DNA of 64,000 bases. It comes from Squalus acanthias (lineage: Eukaryota). How positions within the stretch are numbered: the first letter of the stretch is position 1; every line of letters begins with the position of its first letter. Made by a program: the position numbers and the translations under genes. Positions 24,783 through 37,799 of this stretch are shown one piece after another. A model generated the notes under the pieces. It made no database searches and was not told where the DNA came from. It was given only the letters and a program-made list of their open reading frames with translations. The DNA is taken from the NCBI GenBank assembly GCA_030390025.1, contig CM059431.1:135100001-135164000 (forward strand). The letters are read 5' to 3'.

Positions 24783-25911
24783 TACATAAAGAGCAAGTGG
24801 AAAACTAAAGAAAGAGTAGGGCCTATTAGAGACCAAAAAGGTAACCTGTGTGCGGAGGCGGAAGACGTGGGTATGGTTCTTAATGAATACTTTGTGCCTG
24901 TCTTCACAAATGCAGTCATTGTAGTTAAGGAGGAGGATTGTGAAATATTAGATGAGATAAACATAGTGAGAGAGGAAATCTTAAGGGGTTTAGCATCTTT
25001 GAAAGTAGATAAATCGCTAGGCCCAGATGAAATGTATCCCAGGCTGTTAAGAGAGGCAAGGGAGGAAATAGCAGAGCTCTGACCATCATTTTCCAATCCT
25101 CTCTGGCTACAGGTGTGGTGCCGTTGGACTGGATGACTGCTAACGTTGTACCATTGTTTAAAAAGGGAGAAGGGGTTAGATGGAATAATTACAGGGCGGT
25201 CAGCCTAAACTCGGTGGTGGGCAAATTATTGGAAAAAATTATGAAGGACAGTATTATTCATCTTTTAGAAAGGCACGGATTAATCAGGGACAGTCAGCAT
25301 GGATTTGTTAAGGGAAGGTCGTGTCTGACTAACTTGACTGGATTTTTTGAGAAAGTAACAAGAAGGGTTGATGAGGTTAGCATGTTTGATGTAGTCTACA
25401 TGGATTTTAGCAAGGCTTTTGACAAGGTCCCACATGGCAGACTGGTCAGAAAAGTAAAATCCTCTGGGATCCAAGGGTAAGTGGCAAGTTGGATCCAAAA
25501 TTGGCTCAGTGGCAGGAAGCAAAGGGTAATGGTCGACGGATGTTTTTGTGTCTGGAAGGCTGTTTCCAGTGGTTTTCCGCAGGTCTCAGTACTAGGTCCC
25601 TTGCTTTTTTGTGGTATATATCAATTGTTTAGACTTCAATGTAAGGCGCATGATTATGAAGTTTGCAGATGATACAAAAATTGGCCGTGTGGTTGATAAT
25701 GAGGAAGAAAGCTGTAGACTGCAGGAAGATATCAATGGACTAGTCAGGTGGGCAGAAAAGTGGCAAATGGAATTCAATCTGGACAAGTGTGAGGTAATGT
25801 ATTTGGTGAGGGTTAACAAGGCAAGGGAATACACACTAAATGGTAAGATACTGAGAAGCGTAGAGGAACAGAGAGACCTTGGAGTGCATGTCTACAGATC
25901 CCTGAAGTTAG

Positions 25912-28900
25912 CTTCACAACGACATGCAAGCCGTGATCCTGACCAACGGTTCCACCACAGACCCAATTCATGTACAGACCGGGGTCAAGCAAGGCTGTGT
26001 CATCGCACCAATGCTCTTCTCGATCTTCCTTGCTGCAATGCTCCATCTCACCCTCGGTAAGCTCCCCACTGGAGTGGTGCTAATTTACAGAACAAATGGG
26101 AAACTGTTCAACCTTCGTCGCCTCCAGTCCTGATCCAAGGTCATCCCATCCTCTGTCGTCGAATTACAGTATGCAGACGACGCTTGCGTCTGCGCACACT
26201 CTGAGGTTGAACTGCAGACCATAGTCAACACCTTCACCGAAGCGTACGAGAGCATGGGCCTTACACTAAACATCCGAAAGACAAAGGTCCTCTACCAACC
26301 TGCCCCTGCCACACAGTACTGCCCCCCGATTATCAAAATACACGACAAAGCCCTGGACAACGTGGACTACTTTCCATATGAGTGAGGCAGGTACGGGGAT
26401 CCAGGAGGTAGTATTGCAGGAGCCTCAGTCCCTGAATCCAATAGATTCGAGGTTCTTGCAAACCTTGTGGACAAGTGCGGGGACTGTGGGGTCGACGAGC
26501 AAACTGACCACGGCACCATGGTACAGGAAGCCATTCAAGTGGGGGGAGTAAAAAGGAAGGTGGTTGTAGTAGGCGACAGTATAGTTAGGGGGATAGACAC
26601 TGTTCTCTGCAGCCAGGAGCGTGAGTCTCAAAGGCTATGTTGCCTACCCGGTGCCAGGGTAAAGGACATCTCCTCTGAGTTGGAGAAGAACTTGGAGTGG
26701 GAGGGGGAGGATCCAGTTGTCATGGTCCACGTAGGTACCAATGACATAGGTAGGACAAAGAAAGAGGTTCTGCTGAGAGAGTTTGAGCAGCTAGGGACTA
26801 AATTAAAAAGCAGAACCACAATGGTCATAATCTCTGGATTATTACCGGAGCCACGAGCAAATTGGCATAGGGTCAATAGGATCAGGGAGATGAATGCATG
26901 GCTCAAAGATTGGTGTGGGAGAAGTGGGTTTTGATCCGTGGAGCACTGGCACCAGTACTGGGGAAAGAGAGAGCTGTTCCATTGGGACGGACTACACCTG
27001 AACCATGCTGGGACCAGAGTTCGAGCAAATCGAATAAGTCGGGAGGTAGATAGGGCTTTAAACTAAATAAAGGGGTGGAGGGTCCCAGTGGAGAAAATCT
27101 AGAATGCTAAAGAGAAAAGACAAGGAAGCAGTTCAGGAAAATGATTGGGGTAAGGATAACCAGATTGTGTCAGGAAGGGACAGAGCGTACAAACAAAGGA
27201 GTGCACTAAAAAATAGGGTCCGGGTAAGAAAAAATGGTAATAAGACAAATAGCACCACAGTACATAAAAATGTTAAGATGTCTAAAAATGTTAAAAAGAC
27301 AAATCTAAAGGCACTGTATCTGAATGCATGAAGCATTCGTAATAAGGTAGATGAATTAACAGCGCAAATAGATGTAAACAGATACGATATAATTGCGATT
27401 ACGGAGACATGGCTGCAGGGTGACCAAGGCTGGGAGCTGAATATCCAAGGATATTCGATATTTAGGAAGGACAGGCAAAAAGGAAAAGGAGGTGGGGTGG
27501 CATTGTTAGTAAAGGATGAAATCAGCGCAATAGTGAGAAAGGATATTAGCTCAGAAAATCAAGATGTAGAATCAGTCTGGGTGGAGCTAAGGAGCACCAA
27601 GGGGCAGAAAAAATTGGTGGGAGTTGTCTGAAGGCCTCCAAACAGCAGTGGTAATGTAGGGGATGGCATCAAACAGGAAATTAGAGATGCATGTAACAAG
27701 GGTACTACAGTAATCATGGGTGACTTTAATCTACATATAGACTGGCCAAACCAAATTAACAATAATACTGTGGAGGATGAATTCCTGGACTGTGTACGAG
27801 ATGGTTTTTTAGACCAGTACATTGAGGAGCTAACTAGGGAACAGGCTCTCCTAGATTGGGTATTGTGCAATGAGAAGGGTTAATTAATAATCTTGTTGTG
27901 CGGGGTTCTTTAGGGAAGAGTGACCATAACATGATAGAATTCTTCATTAAGATGGAAAGTGAAGAAGTCCAATCCAAAACTAAGGTCCAAAATCTCAACA
28001 AAGGAAACTATGAAGGTATGAGGAGGGAGTTGGCTATGATAGATTGGGGAGCTTCCTTGAAAGGCATGATAGTGGATAGGCAATGGCTAACATTTAAGGA
28101 ACGAATGCATGAATTGCAACAGTTATACATTCTTTTCTGGCGCAGAAAACACAAAAGGAAAAGTGGCCCAACCATGGCGAACAAAAGAAATTTAGGATAG
28201 TATTAGATCCAAAGAGGAGTCATATAAAGTTGCCAGAAAAAGTAGCAAGCCTGAGGATTGGGAGCAGTTTAGAGTTCAGCAAAAAAGGACCAAGAGATTG
28301 ATTAAGAGGGGAAAAATAGAGTATGAGAGTAAACTTGAAAGGAACATAAAAGCGGATTGTAAAAGCTTCTACAAGTATGTAAAAAGAAAAAGATTAGTGA
28401 AGACAAATGTAGGTCCCTTACAGTCAGAACAGGAGAATTTATAATGGGGAACAAGGAAATGGCAGAGCAATTAAACAAATACTTTGGTTCTGTCTTCACG
28501 GAAGAGGACACAAATAACTTCCCAGAAATGCTAGGGAACCAAGGGTCTAGTGAGAAGGAGGAATTAAAGGAAATTAGTATTAGTAAAAAAATAGTGCTGG
28601 AGAAATTAATGGGACTGAAAGCCAATAAATCCCCAGGGCCTGATAATCTGCATCCCATAGTACTAAAAGAGGTAGCCATGAAAATAGTGGATGCATTGGT
28701 TGTCATCTTCCAAAATTCTATAGATTATGGAACAGTTCCTGCAGATTGGAGGGTGGCAAATGTAACCCCACTATTTATAAAAGGAGGGAGAGAGAATACA
28801 GGGAAGTACAGATCGGTTAGCCTAACATCAATAGTAGGGAAAATGCTAGAGTCTATTATAAAGGATGTGATAACAGGACACTTAGAAAATATCAACGGGA

Positions 28901-30982
28901 TTAGACAAAGTCAACATGGATTTATGAAAGGGAAATCGTGTTTGACAAACCTACTGGAGTTTTTTGAGGATGTAACTGGTAGAATAGATAAGGGAGAACC
29001 AGTGGATGTGGTGTATCTGGATTTTCAGAAGGCCTTTGATAAAGTCCCACATAAGAGGTTAGTGTGCAAAATTAAAGTACATGGAATTGGGGGTAATATA
29101 CTGGCATGGATTGAAAATTGGTTAACAGACAGGAAACAGAGAGTAGGAATAAATGGGTCTTTTTCGGGGTGGCAGTCGGTGACGAGTGTGGTACCGCAGG
29201 GATCGGTGCTTGGGCCCCAGCTATTCACAATATATATCAATGATTTGGATGAGGGAACCAAATGTAATATTTCCAAGTTTGCTGACGACACAAAACTAGG
29301 TGGGATTGTGAGTTGTGAGGAGGATGCAAAGAGGCTTCAAGGTGATTTAGACAAATTGATTGAATGGGCAAATACATGGCAGATGCAGTATAACGTGGAT
29401 AAATGTGAAGTTATCCACTTCGGTAGGAAAAACAGAAAGGCAGAGTATTATTTAAATGGTGATAGATTGGGAAATGTTGATGTACAGAGGGACCTGGGTG
29501 TCCTTGTACATCAGTCACTGAAAGCAAACATGCAGGTGCAGCAAGCAGTTAGGAAGGCAAATGGTATTTTGGCCTTCATTGCAAGAAGATTTGAGTACAG
29601 GAGCAAGGATGTCTTACTACAGTTATACAGGACCTTGGTGAGACCACATCTGGAGTATTGTGTGCAGATTTGGTCTCCTTACCTAAGAAAGGATATACTT
29701 ACCATAGAGGGAGTGCAGCGAAGGTTCACCAGACTGATTCCTGGGAAGGCAGGACTGTCGTATGAGGAGAGATTAGGTCGACTAGGCCTGTGTTCACTAA
29801 AGTTTAGAAGAATGAGAGGGGATCTCATTGAAATGTATATAATTCTGACAGAGCTAGACAGACTGGATGCAGGGAGGATGTTTCCCCTGGCTGGGGGGTC
29901 TAGAACGAGGGGTCACAGTCTCAGGATACAGGGTAGGACATTTAAGACTTAGATGAGGAGAAATTTCTTCACTCAGAGGGTGGTGAACCTGTGGAATTCT
30001 CTACCACAGAAGGCTGTGGAGGCCAAATCACTGAATATATTTAAGAAGGAGATAGATAGATTTCTAGACACAAAAGGCATCAAGGGGTATGGGGAGAGAG
30101 CGGGAATATGGTATTGAGATAGAGGATCAGCCATGATCAATTTGAATGGCAGAGCAGGCTCAAAGGGCCGAATGGCCTACTCCTGATCCTATTTTTCTAT
30201 GTTTCCATATTTTTATACCTCGGAAGCCTACTGTCAACAAGGGCAGACGTCGATGACAAAGTCTAACACCGCCTTCAATGTTCCAGTGCAGCCTTCAGTC
30301 ACCTGAGGAAGAGAGTGTTTGAAGACCAGGACCTCAAACCCGGCACCAAGCTCATGGTCTACAGAGCAGTAGTGATACTTGCCCTCCTGTATGCCTCAGA
30401 GACATGGACCATGTACAGCAGGCACCTCAAAGCACTGGAGAGGTACCACCAACGCTGCCTCCGCAAGATCCTGCAAATCCATTGGCAGGATAGCCACACC
30501 AACGTCAATGTTCTCACTCAGGCCAACATCCCCAGCATCGAAGCTTTGACCACGCTCGATCAGCATGCCCGATACGAGACTCCCAAAACAAGCGCTCTAC
30601 TTGGAGCTACGACACGGCAAGAGAGCCCCAGGTGGGCAGAGGAAACGCTTCAAGGACACCCTCAAAGCCTCCTTGAAAAAGTGCAACATCCCCACCGACA
30701 CCTGGGAATCTCTGGCCCAAGACCGCACAAAGTGGAGGAGAAGCATTCGGGAAGGCGCCGAACACCTCGAGTCTCTTCGCCGGGAGCAAGCGGAAGCCAA
30801 GCGCAAGCAGTGCAAGGAGCGCACGTCAACCCAAGCACCCCACCCACCCGGCCCTTCAACCACCGTCTGCCCCACCTGTGACAGAGTCTGTAGGTCCCGC
30901 ATTGGACTCATCAGTCACCTGAGAACTCATTTTTTATGTGGAAGCAAGTCATCCTCGGTTCTGCGGGACTACCTAAGAGAAG
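25912..30982 (+). mobile_element. 5'-truncated RTE-clade LINE split by a CR1
   Basis: TGVKQGCVIAP, LQYADD and FPY|YLGS joined across the CR1 insert. LLYASETWT motif, C-terminal CPTC..H...H zinc finger, GAAGA-type tail. Confidence 0.9.
26380..30201 (+). mobile_element. Near-full-length CR1: ORF1 SGNH esterase part plus APE-RT ORF2, disrupted
   Basis: ORF 26467-26934 (VVVGDSIVRG..CLPGARV..VHVGTND). APE start YLNA at ~27320. 502-aa RT ORF 28444-29952. TTTCCATAT flanks both sides (26371-26379, 30202-30210). Confidence 0.95.
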
Positions 30983-31299
30983 ATTTCCCCGAGCAGAAAG
31001 GCCAATAACAAGGGGGCATAGATTGAAGGTGATTCATAGAAGGATTAGAAGGGAGTTGAGGAGAATTATTTTCACCCAGAGGGTCTGTACTGCACTGCCT
31101 GAAAGGGTGATAGAGGCAGAAACCCTCATCACATTTAAAAAGTACTTGGATGTGCACTTGAAGTGCTGTGGCCTGCAAGGCTACGGACCAAGAGCTGGAA
31201 AGTTGGATAAGGATGGATAGCACTTTTTCGGCCGGCACAGACACGATGAGCCGAATGGCCTCCTTCTGTGCCGTAAATTTCTATGATTCTATGATTAAT

Positions 31300-34200
31300 T
31301 TGCCGATTATATGACCATTCTGCAAGTTTATTGATGCCTTCTTGTAATTTGTTGCAGTCCTCCTCAGTGTTGACTATCTCAATTTGGTATTGCTACAAAT
31401 TGTGTTTTTGATTCCAAATTCTGAATCATTGATATAAATTGTGAATAACAGTGGTCCCAGCACTTGTGCTTGTGCGAGCCCACCTCCCACCTTCTGCCAC
31501 TCTGAATAGCTATCCTTTACCCTTCTCTCTGATTTATGTCTTGCAGCCAGCTAGCTATCCATTCTACTACTTGCCCCCTGACTCCGCATGCTCTGACCTT
31601 ATTCATTAGTCAATTATGTTTTTTTAATTATTCGTTTATGGGATGTGGGCATCGCTGGCAAGGCCAGCATTTATTGCCCATCCCTAATTGCCCTTGAGAA
31701 GGTGGTGGTGAGCTGCCTTCTTGAACCGCTGCAGTCCGTGTGGTGAAGTTACTGTTAGGTAGGGAGTTCCAGGATTTTGACCTAGCGACGATGAAGGATC
31801 GGCGATATACTTCTAAGTCAGGATGGTGTGTGACTTGGAGGGGAACTTGGAGGTGGTGGTGTTCCCATGCGCCTGCTGCCCTTGTCCTTCTAGGTGGAAG
31901 AGGTCGCGGGTTTGGGAGGTGCTACCGAAGAAGGCTTGGCGAGTTGCTGCAGTGCATCTTGTAGATGGTACACACTGCAGCCACGGTACGCCAGTGGTTG
32001 AGGGAGTGAATGTTTAAGATGGTGGATGGAGTGCCAATCAAGCGGACTGCTTTGTCCTGGGTGGTGTCGAGCTTCTTGAGTGTTGTTGGAGCTGCACTCA
32101 TCCAGGCAAGTGGAGAGTATTCCATCACACTCCTTACTTGTGCCTTGTAGATGGTGGAAAGCCTTTGGGGAGTCAGGAGGTGAGACACTTGCCGCAGAAT
32201 ACCTAGCCTCTGACCTGGGCTTGTTGCCACAGTATTTATGTGGCTGGTCCAGTTAAGTTTCTGGTCAATGGTGACCCCCCAGGATGTTGATGGTGGGGCA
32301 TTTGGTGATGGTAATGCCGTTGAATGTCAAGGGGAGCTGGTTAGATTCTCGCTTGTTGGAGATAGTCATTGCCTGGCACTTCTGTGGCGCGAATGTTACC
32401 TGCCACTTATCAGCCCAAGCCTGAACGTCGTCCAGGTCTTGTTGCATGCGGGCATGGACTGCTTCATTATCTGAGGAGTTGTGAATGGCACTGAACACTG
32501 TGCAGTCATCAACGAACATCCTCATTTCTGACCTTATGTTGGAGGGAAGGTCATTGATGAAGCAACTGAAGATGGTTGGGCCTAGGACACTGCCCTGAGG
32601 AACTCCTGCAGCGATGTCCTTGGGCTGTGATGGTTGACCTTCAACCACCACAACCATCTTCCTTTGTGCTATGTATGACTCCAGCCAGTGAAGCATTTTC
32701 CCCCTGATTCCCATTTACTTCAGAATTACTTGGGCTCCTTGATGCCACACTTGGTCAAATGCTGCCTTGATGTCAAGGGCAGTCACTCTCACCTCACCTC
32801 TGGAATTCAGCTCTTTAGTCCATGTTTGGACCAAGGCTGTAATGAGGTCAGGAGCTGAATGGTTTTGTCGGAACCCAAACTGGGCATCAGTGAGCAGGTT
32901 ATTGGTGAATAAGTGCCGCTTGACAGCACTGTCGATGACACCTTCCATCACTTTGCTGATGATTGAGAGTAGACTGATGGGGCGGTAATTGGCCGGGTTG
33001 GATTTGTCCTGCTTTTTGTGGACAGGACATACCTGGGCAGTTTTCCACATTGTCGGGTAGATGCCAGTGTTGTAGCTGTACTGGAACAGCTTGGCTAGAG
33101 GCGCGGCTAGTTCTGGAGGACAAGTCTTCAGCACGATATCCGGGATGTTGTCGGGGCCCATAGCCTTTGCTGTATCCAGTGCGCTCAGCCATTTCTTGAT
33201 ATCACGTGGAGTGAATCGAGTTGGCTGAAGACTCGCTTCTGTGATGGTGGGAACCTCAGGAGTAGGCCGATATGGATCATCCACTCGGCACTTCTGGCTA
33301 AAGATGGTTGCGAACGCTTCAGGCTTGTCTTTTGCACTCACGTGCTGGGCTCCACCATCATTGAGGATGGGGATATTCACGGAGCCTCCTCCTCCCGTTA
33401 GTTGTTTAATGGTCCACCACCATTCAAGACTGGATGTGGCAGGACTGCAGAGCTTTGATCTGATCTGTTGATTGTGGGATCGCTTAGCCCTGTCTATAGC
33501 ATGCTGCTTCTGCTTTTTAGCATGCATGTAGTCCTGTGTTGCAGCTTCCCCAGGTTGTTACCTCATTTTTAGGTACGCCTGGTGCTGCTCCTGGCATGCT
33601 CTTCTACACTCGTTATTGAGCCAGGGTTGGTCCCCTGACTTGGTGGTAATGGTAGAGTGAGGGATATGCCGGTATATGAGGTTACAGATTGTGGTGGCAT
33701 ACAATTCTGCTGCTGTTGATGGCCCACAGCACCTCATGGATGCCCAGTTTTGAGCTGCTAGATCTGTTCTGAATCTATCCCATTTAGCACAGTGGTAGTA
33801 CCACACAACACAATGGAGGGTGTCCTCAGTGTGAAGACGGGACTTCGTCTCCACAATGACTGTGTGCGGTGGTCACCGCTACCAATACTGTCATGGACAG
33901 ATGCATCTGTGACAGGTAGATTGGTGAGGATTAGGTCAAGTAGGTCTTTCCCTCGTGTTGGTTCTCTCACCACCTGTCGCAGGCCCAGAGTGGCAATTAT
34001 GTCCTTCAGGACTCGGCTCGGTGCTACATTGAAATCCTCCACCCATACTACATTCTGTGCCCTTGCTACTCTCAGTGCTTCTTCCAAGTGGTGTTCAACA
34101 AGGAGGAGTACTGATTCATCAGCTGAGGGAGGGCGGTAGGTAGTAATCAGCAGGAGGTTTCCTTACCCATGCTTGACCTGAAGCCATGAGACTTCATGGG

Positions 34201-35375
34201 GTCCAGAGTCAATGTTGAGGACTCTTTGGGCCACTCCTTCCCAACTCTATGTCCTGCCGGTGGGACAGGACATACCAGGGATGGTGATGGCGAAGTTTGG
34301 GACATTGGCTGATGTGAATATGACTATGTCAGGCTATTGCTTGACTAGTCTGTGGGGTAGCTCTCCCAATTTTGGCACCAGTCCCCAGATGTTGGTGAGG
34401 AGGACTTTGCAGGGTCGACTGGGCTGGGTGTGGCGTTGCTGTGTCCGCAGCTGGTGCCGAGGTTGATGCCGGGTGATCCGTCTGGTTTCATTCTTATTAT
34501 TGTTTTTCGTAGCAGTTTGTTACAACTGAGTGGCTTGCTTGGCCATTTCAGAGGGCAGTTAAGAGTCAACCACATTGCTGTGGGTCTGAAGTCACATATA
34601 GGCCAGACCAGGTAACGATGGCAGATTTCCTTCCCTAAACTGAACCAGATGGGGTTTTTATGACAATCCGATAGTTTCATGATACTCGCTTTTTATTCCA
34701 AAAATGAACTTCAATTTTAGATTTATTTAATTAACTTCCCCAGCTTTCATGGTGGGATTTGAACTCCCGTCTCGGTTTCATTAGGTCACTGGATTATTAG
34801 GCCCAGTGACAGTGACAGTACCACTACGCTACTGATCCCGTACCTTATCAAAGCCCTTTGGAAATCTAGATATATTACATCTACTTAATTACCCTTGTTT
34901 ACTCATTCTGTTACCTCTTCAAAGATTTCAATGAGATTGGTCAAGCAAGACTTTCCCTTTTTGAAATCCCTGTTGAGTATTTATTATTTTTGTTTTCCAG
35001 ATGGTTTTCTATTTTCTCCTTTATTCGGGATTCCATTATTTTTACTACTACTGATGTTAAGCTGACTAATCTATAGTTCCCTGGACATGTTCTATCTCTC
35101 TTCTTAAATATGGGTATAACATTAGCTATCCACCAGTCCTGTGACACTAAAACTTTTTTTAATGAATTATTAAATATGCGTAATAGTGCCTCTACTAATT
35201 CTTCCCTAGATTCTTTTAAAATGCGTGGATGCAGTCTGTCCGGACCTGGGGTTTTATCCCCTTTGAGTTTGATTAGTTAATTTAACATTCCTCCTCTTTT
35301 TATTTTAACTGCGGTTAATCATTTCTAATCTCATCTTCCAATGTCAGGTCCACCTGATCTGTATCCGAATAGTTT
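31300..35375 (-). mobile_element. Old CR1 RT fragment, split by the LINE at 31618-34832
   Basis: CR1 RT-like sequence at 31300-31617 and 34838-35375 (minus ORF DWWIANVIPIFKK..GNYRLVSLTSVV). Confidence 0.75.
31618..34832 (-). mobile_element. Essentially full-length single-ORF (APE-RT) LINE with a tRNA-like 5' head; frameshifted
   Basis: A-rich 3' end at ~31618. RT ORFs 31922-33527 (GVPQGSVLGPTIFSCFINDLP). APE start KVLLTNIWGL at ~34400. Minus-strand A box TAGCGTAGTGG at 34821-34831 and B box GAGTTCAAATCC at 34755-34766. Confidence 0.9.
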
Positions 35376-35382
35376 GGCTGTA

Positions 35383-35930
35383 GGCCTAGAAATTGAGTCG
35401 CGTAAGGTAGGCCCCAAAATGGCGGGCAGGAATTCAACGCACATTTCTGACTGCGACTGTGCCACACGACATATTGGGTAAGGACAAACAAGAGGCCTCC
35501 TTTACCCATGCCTGAAGCAGGTGTTAGGCTATTTGGATATGCAAATAAGGGGCCTAACGCCTGCTTCAGGTCCCTCCTGCAACATTGGTCTGCCCTGACG
35601 CAGCGAGGGAAACCATCCCGAAAGATTGCTTGCAAAAAAAAAGTTAAATTACTTACCTGTAAATCACCAGCCCGATCACTGACCTGCAAGCCCCCGCAGC
35701 CCTGACATCCCCAATCCTCAACGTCCAGGACTTGGCCCCAGCCTTTGATCTCCCTCTCCTGGCCCCGATCTCCAGTCTCCCTGACCCCTGATCGCTTCCT
35801 CCCCCCCCCCCACCCCGATCCCCGATCGCTCTCCCTCTGGCCACCAATTGTACCCCCCAGAGGCCCGCAATCACCCCCCCATCAGAGGCCTGCAACCCCC
35901 CCGAGGCCCGCAATCCCGAATTTCTAGGCC
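35383..35930. mobile_element. Harbinger-type MITE, 548 bp
   Basis: Perfect 12-bp TIR GGCCTAGAAATT / AATTTCTAGGCC. C-rich CCCGATC internal repeats. No matching TSD. Confidence 0.75.
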
Positions 35931-36139
35931 AGAGTGTCATTCCTCATTTCATTTGTTCTTTTCAAATAAAGGAAATAAACAAGTTGAAATTTGAAACCTT
36001 AATGTTTTGTACTACTAGTGATTGCTAGCAATTAGGATATTTACATTTTCTTATAGCTATGAGAGAGACAGATACAGAGATACACATCCAGGAATCGATC
36101 ACAAAACACTAAATTCAGTATTTGTAGTGATCCCTTAGA

Positions 36140-36780
36140 AAATATTGAGTGATTGGTAGCCAATGTAGGTCAGCAAATGCTGCATGATAATTGAGTGGGA
36201 CCTGGTGCAGGATTGGATACAGGCAGCAGAGTTTTAGATGAGCTGAATTTACTGAGTGTGGAGGATGGGAAGCTGGCCAAGAAAGAATTAGAATAGTCAA
36301 GCCTTGAGTTGACAAAGGCATGGATAAAGTTTTCATAGCGCATGGGGTGAGGCAGGGGCGGAGGCAGGTGATGTTACATGTGATGGCAAGTATTTGGGGT
36401 CAACTGCTCAGCTCTGGATCAAATATGATGGTGCGATTGCAAACAGTCTGGTTCAGCCTGAGACAATCATCGTGGATGGAGATGGAATTGGTGGTGAGAG
36501 TACAGAGCTGGCCAAGGTCGAAATTGTGGCTCATCCATGACTGGATATTGGCAGTCTGGCAATCCAGAGGCAGAGGAGGTAGAACTGAGCGTTGCCAGCA
36601 AGCATGTGGAAGCTGACCCCAGGACGTCCTGTGGATGATGTCGCTGATGGCAGCAAGTAGATGAGGAGGAGGAAGGGGCCAAAGATAGATACTCGGGGGA
36701 TTCCAGAGGTAATGGTATAGGAGTGGGGAGAGAAGCCTTGCTGGAGATTCTCTAGCTACGATCGGATTGTAGCATCAATA
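36140..36780 (-). mobile_element. Degenerate L2 LINE RT fragment
   Basis: Minus-strand ADLHWLPI motif typical of L2, and a decayed GVPQGS.LGPLLF.IY-like segment at ~36655-36705. Confidence 0.65.
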
Positions 36781-36789
36781 CCCTCTGTG

Positions 36790-37799
36790 GGGGGAAGCTC
36801 CTAAAATTTCTAACTAACATAAAAAAAACCACCCGATTTTTCTAGGTCATAGGGTGTAAGATGTGAGGAGTGAGGTGGTGAGGGTTACTAAATTGGTGAG
36901 AGTTGGAGGTGCCGAGCATGTGAGTATGAAGTGAAGAAGGTGGTGTGCAGTGTGGGACGTGATTGTAGGAGAGTGAAGGCAAGTGGGGGAGTTGAGTAGT
37001 GAGGCTGCAGGTGGGGAGGTGTGAGCAGAGAGCAAGAGAGTTAAGATTCTTACCATGACAACTCTGGTGAGATCATGGAACTTTTTTTTACATTGCAGCC
37101 ATGTCCTGGCATTAATCTCCTCTGAAACCTCTTTCCAGTAGCGACGGAGGTGTTGTCTGGAGGGTTTTCTGCCCCAGGGGGACCAGAATCTCCCTCCTCC
37201 TGTTCACCACTTGGGCAAGGGCCTCCAATGCGGCATTAGCAAATCTGAAGGCCTGATCTGCAGGTCTTCCATCATTTGTTCTGTACGTATGGAATTCCCA
37301 TAAGCATGAATGGGGATCACACAAAAAACACATTTACATACCAAATAAATTTTGAAAAATTACATATTTAAAATTAATTAAAATACAATTTAAACATTTG
37401 AAACAAAAATTTAATTTTTTGAAAAATACATTTTAATGTTTTAAAGGGGCTAAAAGTAACATTAACTTATTTTACAGGTGTTTATAAATAATTGAAAAAA
37501 AATTATTTTTATATTCATTTAAACTTTTACGCTGGTAAAAGCAGGACTTACACCTGCTTTTACCAGGCGTAAGAATTTCATGGGCATTCGCTGGGCAGTA
37601 GTTGGGAAAATAGCCCAACTCTCCGCCCGCGGATGCCCTTTTCCCGGGGATGCGTTGGATCTGTCAAGAAGATTCTGGACCGATCAGAAGTTCCGGGTTT
37701 TCGCGCATGTGCTTTGTGCGCGAAAACCCAGAACTTGCGGGGCCCTTACGGACGCGTCCACACCATATACACACCTGTAGGCTCCGGAAAATACGGGCC
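36790..37799 (-). mobile_element. Harbinger remnant with a Myb/SANT-like exon 1 fragment
   Basis: Minus ORF QAFRFANAALEALAQVVNRRREIL, followed by a CKKKFHDLTRV-like segment and a GTAAG donor at ~37050. Terminus GGAAAATACGGGCC. Confidence 0.65.

Larger units (their letters stand above)
17580..31295 (+). mobile_element. Fragmented near-full-length CR1 that hosts several later insertions
   Basis: Colinear pieces: ORF1 esterase and APE start 17580-18723 (YFNARSL..IAITETWL), 21781-22593, RT 24783-25911, 3' end 30983-31295 with a TTCTATGA tail. Confidence 0.85.

Noticed and set aside
26467..26934. Stand-alone GDSL/SGNH lipase gene
   Set aside because: This is the known esterase domain of CR1 ORF1, directly upstream of ORF2 and repeated at ~17860, 40700 and 49130.
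34750..34832. True tRNA gene
   Set aside because: Only the A/B boxes are retained, there is no convincing cloverleaf, and it is part of a retroelement head. The same applies to 52185-52255.
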